Positions 28,924 to 37,104 of a stretch of 64,000 nucleotides of DNA are shown in pieces. Under the pieces are notes generated by a model, which saw only the letters and a program-made list of their open reading frames with translations, was not told the origin of the DNA and did no database searches. Every line of letters begins with the position of its first letter. Position 1 is the first letter of the stretch. The position numbers were made by a program, and so were the translations under genes. The DNA is taken from sequence record NC_048053.1; one strand, given 5' to 3'.

Positions 28924-30885
28924 TTAAAGCAGGCGCTGCAACGCATTGATTGCGAAATCTACGTCAAACTCGTCGCCAATGAAAGTAGCAATCGGCATAT
29001 TGGTTTTTGGATCTTCTGAAACTACTGCGCGAACATCGTAGTCGCGAGCAAATTCATAAACACTATACCAGTCGCCATTCTCTTCAAATTCAATGTCGTT
29101 ACGTTTAGCATTGAAACGTCCGTTTGGAATTTGAATTACTTTACGTGCATCTTCTGGAGGTTCTGCTTTCTTTTTCAGATACTGAACGAACGAATCCGCA
29201 GAAGTAGTTTTATCAAAGCAAACGTAAACAGGAGTTCTACCGCCAGCCTCAATGGATGAAATCAGAAGCACAGGTTTCGGAGAATACTCATCCAGCCAAT
29301 CGAAAATATCTCCCAACATCGAGCGACGTTCACTATAACCGTCTGCGCCAAGTTCACTGAAAGTAAATTCAGCGATTGTTTTATCCGAAGGCTTAACTAA
29401 GAATTCCCAAATGGAATAGAACATTCGCGGAAGGAATTTCTTCGCCTTTTTAAGAGAAGCCAGAGTTGCGTATTTGCCATGCAGTTTCGAAACTGCATAA
29501 TACGTTTTAAAGTAGTAGACAGTGATTTCATCCTCACTATCAAAAGCATCACTACTTTCTTCTCCACAAACGCGAGCAAGGATCTTCCAGAAAGTTACTT
29601 CTGGATCATCTGAGAAATCAGCCAATCCTGTAGCGATGTTTAAAACCTTCGCTGCATTATTTGCCTTATCCAAAAGTCGATCCATCAGGAAATCTGTCTC
29701 GCCGGATTTCAAAAACTCTTCAACCGGGATCGCTTCGTTCGCTGTCTGGATTGATTTAAAATCCTGACGTGCTGCGAGCGTAGTCATTATATCATGTGCA
29801 AGAGTTTTTTGTTTTGCACTTTTGAATTTGGAAAAAGCATCGCGCAACAGAGATTCTTTTTTCGGATTCTCTTCGATAGCTTTAACCCAAAATTCATACG
29901 CTCTAGGAATGAGTTTCGAGATATTCTTATACGAGATAGCAGCAGGAATCTTTTTAAAGAATTCCATTGCGGATTCATCAGTTGTGTGCATACCTCCCGG
30001 ACGGGAATTGCGTGCCTTAGCCGCTTTCTCTTTTGCCGTATAGAGTTTATCGAGGGCATCATCCAATTTATCCAGACTAAGCGCAACGAGCTTTTCAATT
30101 CCAGTAAGCGTGAAATCGCCGCCACCGTCATTATACAAATCTTTCTTGCGCGAAAGGATTGCAGGGCCAGAAGATTTATCAGTAACAACGTTGATGTTTT
30201 GGTCTACCCATTCCTGAACCTTTTTCACAAACAAAGTATCTTTGGCATCAGGATAGGCAACTTCCGCAATATAACGGAACGATGATCCGTTGGAGTTCAC
30301 AAACTTTTTCAGCAATAAACGCATAATAGGTTTATTGACGTTTTTATCTTCCGGATTGACCATGTAGGCAATCAGAGTATTCGCTTTAACATCACGCTCA
30401 ACGAATTTCTTATTGCTTCCATCAACAAGATTCATACAGCTAGTCCAACCGCGATCAGTGCTCATGCCTGCAATGTCATACGGGTGCATTGACAGACAAA
30501 CAAGTTTATCGCCTTTCGCCGCCGTAACAATCTGACGACGATTCGCATCGTTATCAAAAAGTTTTTTCAGGTCGGGCTGTTTGGATAAAACTTTTCCGAG
30601 ACGTTGTACACGATCATGTCGATCTTTTACTGTACCCGCTGCATAGTCGAGAAGTTCGAAATTGTTTTCACGGAGGAACGCAGCAATAGAAGAAGGCACA
30701 TGCGAATCAGGAATTCGAATGTTACGCTCAACAGCATAATCGAAATAAATACGATAGGCTTTCTTGCCGCGCTTATGGGATTGCTGTTCGAATATTTCCA
30801 GCAATCTCTGATCAGGTTTCCAGCCGCGCATATAGTTTCGGTATTGCGAAGGCTGCAACGCACTAATACTGACTACTGTTTTCAT
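28924..30885 (-). CDS. Probable virion protein, paralog A (MKTVVSISAL...)
   Basis: Shares about 250 N-terminal aa with the neighbour, including SMHPYDIAGMSTDRGWTSCMNL. Confidence 0.75.
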   Translation of the reverse strand: MKTVVSISALQPSQYRNYMRGWKPDQRLLEIFEQQSHKRGKKAYRIYFDYAVERNIRIPDSHVPSSIAAFLRENNFELLDYAAGTVKDRHDRVQRLGKVLSKQPDLKKLFDNDANRRQIVTAAKGDKLVCLSMHPYDIAGMSTDRGWTSCMNLVDGSNKKFVERDVKANTLIAYMVNPEDKNVNKPIMRLLLKKFVNSNGSSFRYIAEVAYPDAKDTLFVKKVQEWVDQNINVVTDKSSGPAILSRKKDLYNDGGGDFTLTGIEKLVALSLDKLDDALDKLYTAKEKAAKARNSRPGGMHTTDESAMEFFKKIPAAISYKNISKLIPRAYEFWVKAIEENPKKESLLRDAFSKFKSAKQKTLAHDIMTTLAARQDFKSIQTANEAIPVEEFLKSGETDFLMDRLLDKANNAAKVLNIATGLADFSDDPEVTFWKILARVCGEESSDAFDSEDEITVYYFKTYYAVSKLHGKYATLASLKKAKKFLPRMFYSIWEFLVKPSDKTIAEFTFSELGADGYSERRSMLGDIFDWLDEYSPKPVLLISSIEAGGRTPVYVCFDKTTSADSFVQYLKKKAEPPEDARKVIQIPNGRFNAKRNDIEFEENGDWYSVYEFARDYDVRAVVSEDPKTNMPIATFIGDEFDVDFAINALQRLL

Positions 30886-32669
30886 TGTTCATCATCCATC
30901 ATAACTAATGCAGCATCGAGAATACTTTCTTCCACTCCGAATCTCAGATCTTTTTCAGACTGAACGGTAGTAGGATAGAAAATCATTTTGCCATGTCCAT
31001 CTTCCGTGTATCCAAAGTTAAATACCTCAGCGCCTTCTTTGAGAAGGGAAGGGAATCGCGGATCATCAGCAACACGACTGCCTGCATTAAATTCATTGTC
31101 TACGCCAAAGTAATCCGCAAGTTTCTTACGAGACGCTTCGGACATTTTGCGCATTATTACAGTGATAACATACGAGCCAATACTAACCTCGTAGTTTGCA
31201 TCGGGCGCTTTAGAATAAAACAGCGCTCTCAGTTGATACTCACTGCGACGGAAACTTACAGCATGATCGATAACGTATGCCATAGGCATAACATCTTCAA
31301 ACTCTTTCATTGCTTCCATGAAAGATTGATCTGTCTTCGCACTGTATCCTTCACCTGCCATATCAGCAATAGCTTCTAAAGCAACTTCGGAATCACGAAC
31401 GAAGTTTTTACGAATAAACAGATCAACAAACATTTTCACAATGCGGTAGCGTTGAGAAAGTTTCTCGCGTGCAAACGGTGCCCATACGCCCAATGAACGA
31501 GACAGGCGGCGAACCATGCTGCCGAAAGATCCATTCATCCCAAATAATTTCGCGCCCGTTTCAGATTGCTGCAAAATAACTTGCTGCAACACGATGGAAG
31601 CAAATACTTCACGCTCACTGCGTATAGCAAATGCTGAAATGCGTGCCATCATCATTTCAAAGTCACGTTCGCTTAAAACAGATTTAAATGCTTCGATGAT
31701 CGTAGCAAGCACTTCTGAATTAAGTTCGTGCGGGCTTTCCAGACGTTCCTGCGTGAATATCATTCCAAACAGTTCGTCTTTGAAACGGCGAGCCAGAACA
31801 GACCACTGCATATCGCTAACAACAGACAGTGGATGCGTTGCGAGAATATTTTTAACCTCTGCCGGATTACTTTCAGCGTAAGTCAACTGAGGGAAAATAC
31901 TTTCGCGAGTATCAGAATAAAGATCTTCATGAATGCGGTAACGGTATTCCAATGATTCACCGCCGAGAAGTTCCTTATTGATTTTTTGATCAACGAAAGT
32001 TTGAACGCTTTCGATGAACGGCATGTTAGGTGCAGGATATACACGCTCAACATGGTAGATGAATTTATCTTTGGATTGTTCTGAATAGAAACGCTTAATC
32101 AGAACGCGACTCAACGGACGTTTAATATCACGGTCAGTTGTATCAACCAGATACGCAATCAGCGTATGCTGTTTAATATCATCACGCACAAATTGTTTGT
32201 TGATGCCGTCATCCAAATTCATGCAGCTTGTCCAGCCGCGCCCGGTACTCATTCCCGCAACATCATATGGGTGCATACTCAAGCAGATAGATTTCTTCCC
32301 GCGAGTAACTTCAACCAGAGCTTTGCGCGACGGATCGGTTTCGAAAATTTTCTTGAGTTCCGGATCTTTTAAAACTTTACCCAAACGCAAAATGCGATTG
32401 TGTTTATCTTTCACGGTGCCTGAGAGATAGTCCTCAAGCACAAAACCCTTCTCAACCAAATAATCTTTGATTTCAGAAGGGCATTCAGGCGCGAAAGTTT
32501 TAATCAATTTGTCAGACTGAAAATCGAAGTACAGTCGCATAGCTTTTCTGCCAGTACGACCGCTGATTTTCTGAAAGAGTTGCAGCATTTTAGGATCAGG
32601 CCGCCACATCTGCATGAACGGTCGATACTGCGAAGGAGTCAATGCACTTAAACTGACTTCGATTTCCAT
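30882..32669 (-). CDS. Probable virion protein, paralog B (MEIEVSLSAL...)
   Basis: SMHPYDVAGMSTGRGWTSCMNL; C-terminal half unlike paralog A. Confidence 0.75.
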   Translation of the reverse strand: MEIEVSLSALTPSQYRPFMQMWRPDPKMLQLFQKISGRTGRKAMRLYFDFQSDKLIKTFAPECPSEIKDYLVEKGFVLEDYLSGTVKDKHNRILRLGKVLKDPELKKIFETDPSRKALVEVTRGKKSICLSMHPYDVAGMSTGRGWTSCMNLDDGINKQFVRDDIKQHTLIAYLVDTTDRDIKRPLSRVLIKRFYSEQSKDKFIYHVERVYPAPNMPFIESVQTFVDQKINKELLGGESLEYRYRIHEDLYSDTRESIFPQLTYAESNPAEVKNILATHPLSVVSDMQWSVLARRFKDELFGMIFTQERLESPHELNSEVLATIIEAFKSVLSERDFEMMMARISAFAIRSEREVFASIVLQQVILQQSETGAKLFGMNGSFGSMVRRLSRSLGVWAPFAREKLSQRYRIVKMFVDLFIRKNFVRDSEVALEAIADMAGEGYSAKTDQSFMEAMKEFEDVMPMAYVIDHAVSFRRSEYQLRALFYSKAPDANYEVSIGSYVITVIMRKMSEASRKKLADYFGVDNEFNAGSRVADDPRFPSLLKEGAEVFNFGYTEDGHGKMIFYPTTVQSEKDLRFGVEESILDAALVMMDDEQ

Positions 32670-32679
32670 GATTAACCTC

Positions 32680-33051
32680 TTACGCTTTCACTTCCAGTTC
32701 GTGATCGCCGCTGTTCCAAATAAGTTCGCGAATATTGCGCGGCATAATAATACAGCCGCTCGATGCAGTGCCGGGATTCTTGACACTATCGCCGTGAATC
32801 TGGAAAGCACTACGACCGAACATTTGATTTTCTTTTGCCGGAGAAAGATCCATCGCATACGGGCCAGTTTTCTGACTTGTGCGCGGAGCGTTAATTGTGT
32901 AACGACCGATAGGAAGTGGCCCTTCACCAACAACAGCAGTATCCGCAACAACATTTTTATGTTTGCCTTTACCGCTGTAGCCAGTTGCAACACGTTTGCC
33001 GTTTTTATCCAGCATTTCACCGGACGTAATATGATAAGTCCACATCAGCAT
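32680..33051 (-). CDS. Tlde1/DUF2778-like L,D-transpeptidase-fold protein
   Basis: GYSG, GPLPIGRY, GRSAFQIHGD, ASSGCII (H...S.GC catalytic pattern). Confidence 0.85.
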   Translation of the reverse strand: MLMWTYHITSGEMLDKNGKRVATGYSGKGKHKNVVADTAVVGEGPLPIGRYTINAPRTSQKTGPYAMDLSPAKENQMFGRSAFQIHGDSVKNPGTASSGCIIMPRNIRELIWNSGDHELEVKA

Positions 33052-33614
33052 TTACCTCTATAGCGTAGATAGTTTTGCAGACAACAAAAGACGATTTCTT
33101 TCATCTTGCCTTCCATCTGCGCATTTTGACGAGCAGGATCATGCAAACAAACCTCAATGGTTTCGCTCGCCCAATCAACGGACACCCAACGCGAATTAAA
33201 CATCCAACTGAATCGCGCTTCCCAATCGCGAAGAATGTCATCCAAATCTGGAGTACGATCAACGCCTAAATCAGAAAGAGGATAAATCAGAGAATAAAGC
33301 GGAGGGGGAGAGGATAGACTGGTGCCTGCGCCGTCGAATTTATCGAAAGCCTTTTGCACATGCCAGAGAGTTTCTTCGGTGGATAGTGGCTCAACTTTTC
33401 GCAGTACATATTTATTTGCAGCCAAACCAGCTTGAGCAAGTGTAGCACGGCAAACAACATTGTCGCCGTCTTCATTCATGTATGCAAAAAGATATTGCGT
33501 GTTGCTGATCTTTCGAGAAGCAACAACACGCACATCCAACTTCCCACGATTCAAAACTTCTTGCAAGGCACGGTTGCTTAATGCAGCCGAGATAGAAACT
33601 AAAATCTCCATCAT
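33045..33614 (-). CDS. Hypothetical protein (MMEILVSISAA...)
   Basis: ORF in operon; carries the shared N-terminal motif. Confidence 0.75.
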   Translation of the reverse strand: MMEILVSISAALSNRALQEVLNRGKLDVRVVASRKISNTQYLFAYMNEDGDNVVCRATLAQAGLAANKYVLRKVEPLSTEETLWHVQKAFDKFDGAGTSLSSPPPLYSLIYPLSDLGVDRTPDLDDILRDWEARFSWMFNSRWVSVDWASETIEVCLHDPARQNAQMEGKMKEIVFCCLQNYLRYRGKC

Positions 33615-33629
33615 TGCCTCGCCGTAGTT

Positions 33630-34691
33630 TTATTTGCCCGCGTTAGGAGAAATACCTTTCGCAGCTTTCAGGTAATTGCCAGTAGAAAGTTTCGAACCCT
33701 TCACGGCTTCGACAGCTTTAACTGCTTTCGCAAGTTTAGCCGCCAGAGCTTTCAGAGTACCGCGAATAGTTCTGCGACCAGCACCAGTGGCGCTATGCGT
33801 CAGTTTATATTCTCCGCCATCGCGTTTGATCGTCGCTTTGAATCCTTTAGATTCAAACTGGATTTTATCGCCCGACGCTTTCAGCGTAGAATTTTTACCA
33901 GTGACGTTTTTGGCAATCGCATTAATTGCTTTCATATGAGATTCCGGAACAGATTTAGAAATCTTCACATTTTTATTTGCAGTAGCAGATTTTTTCGCAC
34001 GGTCTGCGCTCTCTTGAGCACGACCGCGTTTAGACAGTTCTTCTTCAACTTCTTCCAGACTGCCTTTCATGATCCCTTTATCCAGCTTGTTTTTCAGCGT
34101 CTGTTTAGCTGGAGTGTGAGCACCTTTGATTGCTGCGCGTGCTTGCTGGATCGTACCGCCAGTGGAATTTTTAGCTTTGGTTTTGGTCTTGCTTGCAAGC
34201 TGATCGAAAACAGATTGGCTAGGAGCACGTACCAGAGTAACGGGCTTCGCAACGCCTTTAACTTTCAGAGTCGAACCGACAGAAATTTTTGCAAATTTCT
34301 TCGCATCAAAAAGATCCGGAGCGCTGAAACCAAACGTAGCTTTGATGCCGAAAACTTTACGCAGAGCTTTGGATGCAGCAGACATTGCCTGAGTAGCAGC
34401 AGTTTTACAGCGGCGTACTTCTGGCTGCATTGTAGCAATGCGAGTTTTGCGTGCATCGGAAGGTTTCGCTTTCTGAGCTTCACGCAGTTTTTCGAGATTG
34501 GCTTTGGTTTTGTGGTACTTGCTCGCTTCTTTATACGCTGTTTTAGCCAGCTTAAAAGCAGCAGCAATATCAGGGCGCACTTTGGGCAAAAACATAATCT
34601 TTGCGTTAGCGCCTTTGCCGATAACTTGCCATAACGGGGCGGCGGCAGAAGTAGACTGAATTTCAGCAGACAGGTCGAGAGTCACTTTCAT
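33630..34691 (-). CDS. Lys/Ala-rich probable internal virion protein
   Basis: MKVTLDLSAEIQSTSAAA; strongly basic. Confidence 0.7.
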   Translation of the reverse strand: MKVTLDLSAEIQSTSAAAPLWQVIGKGANAKIMFLPKVRPDIAAAFKLAKTAYKEASKYHKTKANLEKLREAQKAKPSDARKTRIATMQPEVRRCKTAATQAMSAASKALRKVFGIKATFGFSAPDLFDAKKFAKISVGSTLKVKGVAKPVTLVRAPSQSVFDQLASKTKTKAKNSTGGTIQQARAAIKGAHTPAKQTLKNKLDKGIMKGSLEEVEEELSKRGRAQESADRAKKSATANKNVKISKSVPESHMKAINAIAKNVTGKNSTLKASGDKIQFESKGFKATIKRDGGEYKLTHSATGAGRRTIRGTLKALAAKLAKAVKAVEAVKGSKLSTGNYLKAAKGISPNAGK

Positions 34692-34694
34692 TTT

Positions 34695-35162
34695 TTATTT
34701 TACCTTAACAGCTTTTGCTGCATCGAATTTTTCCTGAGAGACAAACTTGAACGCAACCAGTTTGCCCAATTTCCCAACGCGTGCCGTAGGTTTACCCGGC
34801 TTATTGAGCACGGTGTAAGTCAGGCCAGCAACTTTACGCGCAGCAGAAACTTCGGATTTCAAATGCGCGAGTTTTTTATTGTCTTCCTGAATTTCAGCTT
34901 TCAGTTTGGCGCGGCGAGCTTTTAAGTTTTTCTTACCGTCAGGAGTTTTCGCAGATTTAATCTGCGCTGCCATGCTCTTATAGCGAGCCTGTTTGGTTTT
35001 CAGCGCATTGAATGCTTTATTGCTTTCGGTGCGAGCTTTCAGGTAAGCGTCAAACATGGTTTTAACGATAGGGCTTACCAGAACGCTTTTGCCGTCGAAT
35101 TTATATTTCGCACTAGCAGAAGTCGATTGCTGTTCAACCGACAGATCAATTTCTACAATCAT
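34695..35162 (-). CDS. Lys/Ala-rich probable internal virion protein
   Basis: MIVEIDLSVEQQSTSASAK; leader related to the neighbour's. Confidence 0.7.
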   Translation of the reverse strand: MIVEIDLSVEQQSTSASAKYKFDGKSVLVSPIVKTMFDAYLKARTESNKAFNALKTKQARYKSMAAQIKSAKTPDGKKNLKARRAKLKAEIQEDNKKLAHLKSEVSAARKVAGLTYTVLNKPGKPTARVGKLGKLVAFKFVSQEKFDAAKAVKVK

Positions 35163-35734
35163 TTTGTTACTCCAACATTAGCAGTGATATTAACAACACG
35201 GTTGAACCAACCATAAACATTAGATTCCTGCGACTCATCTTTAGCAGCGATGTTATACAGGAATGCAAGACGCAATCCGTTATACACACGCGCAAGGATT
35301 TTAACGTCACGCACTTTGCAGTACGCTTCCAGAGCAGCAAGAGTCTTTGGCCCGATATTAGCAGCAGGCGCAAAATCCGGATAGAGTTTCTGACGATCAT
35401 TAAGAACGTTCAGCAAGCCTTGAAGCGGATCAATAGCATTAGCCGGGGATGAGTTTACAGCGAAATCGAAAACCCAAACCGCAAGTTCTTCACTGAATTT
35501 AGCAAGCTGATCGCATTTGCACATATCCCAAAAGTTTTTGCGATAGATTGCCACCGCTGTTTCTTTCGGTAAAGTTTCCATGCTTCCAGTATAGCCAAAA
35601 TCACGCGCTGTTTTCTCGATGATTCCCCAACGAGTTGCTTTGCCGCGATCCGTTGCACGGTTCGTAAACTTACTACCACCTTCACGTTCAATAACTTCTT
35701 CGATTGCCTTTTCAGCAAGATTTGCAGTAGCCAT
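35159..35734 (-). CDS. Glycoside hydrolase family 108 lysozyme with PG_binding_3 domain (endolysin candidate)
   Basis: IEREGG...DRGKATRWGI; FDFAVNS; C-terminal YGWFNRV. Confidence 0.9.
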   Translation of the reverse strand: MATANLAEKAIEEVIEREGGSKFTNRATDRGKATRWGIIEKTARDFGYTGSMETLPKETAVAIYRKNFWDMCKCDQLAKFSEELAVWVFDFAVNSSPANAIDPLQGLLNVLNDRQKLYPDFAPAANIGPKTLAALEAYCKVRDVKILARVYNGLRLAFLYNIAAKDESQESNVYGWFNRVVNITANVGVTK

Positions 35735-35763
35735 AATATTTTTCTCTCCTTGCAGGATAGAAG

Positions 35764-35772
35764 AAAATTAGC
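35764..35772 (-). promoter_or_regulatory. TAATTTT motif, candidate late promoter
   Basis: GCTAATTTT, 29 nt upstream of ATG 35734. Confidence 0.45.
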
Positions 35773-35781
35773 ATTAGAATA

Positions 35782-35810
35782 GAAAAAGGGCAGCATCAAG
35801 CCACCCTTTT
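35782..35810 (-). terminator. Terminator, GGGTGGC/GCTGCCC family
   Basis: GGGTGGC-TTGAT-GCTGCCC-TTTTTC. Confidence 0.85.
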
Positions 35811-35813
35811 AAA

Positions 35814-36137
35814 CTAAACAAACTTATAGATTGCCAATGCCGTAGCGCCCTGAAATAAACCAATATCCAGCACATAAAACTTTTTATAGTGCGAGGGCAT
35901 ATCGTCACACAGATACGCATACATATAGAACAGCAAAATATTCAACAGCACTGACACAAAGTAAAAAGTCATTTGCTGAGTTTCGGTAGTGTATGCCGGA
36001 ACATAGCACAGCGTCAGCAGAAAACTAGTTACAAGTGCCGTAGAGATTTTTGGAGTGGTTCGAAAGTCTGTTAGCTCACAACCGATAACAGAAACAATAA
36101 CCGCCATCCAAATAAAATACTCTGTTTCGAGAGTCAT
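35814..36137 (-). CDS. Small membrane protein (3-4 TM), possible holin
   Basis: Several hydrophobic 18-20 aa segments; next to the endolysin but separated from it by a terminator. Confidence 0.5.
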   Translation of the reverse strand: MTLETEYFIWMAVIVSVIGCELTDFRTTPKISTALVTSFLLTLCYVPAYTTETQQMTFYFVSVLLNILLFYMYAYLCDDMPSHYKKFYVLDIGLFQGATALAIYKFV

Positions 36138-36850
36138 TAGATTCCCTGATTGGCGACCAACTCATCAGTGACGTTAGCAATCTTTTCAACGTTACCTTTG
36201 ATATATCCGAGTTCGAAGATCTGAACACGATGTTTGATAACCGCCTGCCCCATCGTCGAACACGTACCGTTATTCAAATCAATAAAAGCATCGCGCAGAC
36301 GATAGGTAACAGGTTTCTCAAGAATTGAAATTAGCTTTGCCATTGTGCTATTGCTTATTCTCAATTCAAGAGCTTCAATTTCTTCTCGAATGTCAGTAGT
36401 GCAGCCGCTATAGATCCATTTGCAAATCACATTAGTGATAGGCTTTTGGTGCGTTTTGCTTGGCATGGTATAGATGAAAGTCATCAGGCTGTAGAACAAA
36501 CTTCCTTCTATTGCGCGATGTTTTAGATCTTTCAGATACGATCCAACCGGAACAACTTTAGGTCGAGTAGGCTCAATTTCCTGAACAGGCTTATCGACTT
36601 CCAGACCATATTTTTCCAACAGAATGCTATGACCAAACACAAAGAAAATGTGCTGAGGCATTTGACGAATACTCACAGCATTACGGTCAAACTCTTTTGT
36701 GCCAATAACAAAAATATGTTTGCGATATTGCTTATCCGGATCGAGAGCAATTCCTTGAGGGCAATATGTCACACGAACTTTCGGATCTTGTGAACGCAAC
36801 CACGCAAACACCTGTTCGGGACTTTGCTGCGTTACGGCAATCACTGGCAT
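36137..36850 (-). CDS. Hypothetical protein (237 aa)
   Basis: TAATG overlap with the downstream gene. Confidence 0.75.
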   Translation of the reverse strand: MPVIAVTQQSPEQVFAWLRSQDPKVRVTYCPQGIALDPDKQYRKHIFVIGTKEFDRNAVSIRQMPQHIFFVFGHSILLEKYGLEVDKPVQEIEPTRPKVVPVGSYLKDLKHRAIEGSLFYSLMTFIYTMPSKTHQKPITNVICKWIYSGCTTDIREEIEALELRISNSTMAKLISILEKPVTYRLRDAFIDLNNGTCSTMGQAVIKHRVQIFELGYIKGNVEKIANVTDELVANQGI

Positions 36851-37104
36851 TTTTCTTTCTCCAACGCATCCTTGATTTTAATAACCATTTCAGGATGAGC
36901 GATAATAACGTCATGTACCAAGTAAACGCTGTTTGAAGGAACACCAACAACGGTAGAAGTTTTCATCCGGAAAATTTTAGCAACAATTCGCATGAACCAA
37001 TTTTGTTGAATCGGAACAACTTTGCTTTCAGTGAGCAAAGGATCAGAGACAATTCGATAACCACGAAACAGAAGAGGATTATCAATAATGTTTTGAACGC
37101 TCAT
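36841..37104 (-). CDS. Hypothetical protein (87 aa)
   Basis: TGATG overlap with the sbcC stop. Confidence 0.7.
   Translation of the reverse strand: MSVQNIIDNPLLFRGYRIVSDPLLTESKVVPIQQNWFMRIVAKIFRMKTSTVVGVPSNSVYLVHDVIIAHPEMVIKIKDALEKEKCQ

Noticed and set aside
33795-34634. 279-aa plus-strand ORF, and similar ORFs at 26386-27349
   Set aside because: Antisense shadows of Lys/Ala-rich genes (Phe/Ser/Arg-rich mirror composition).
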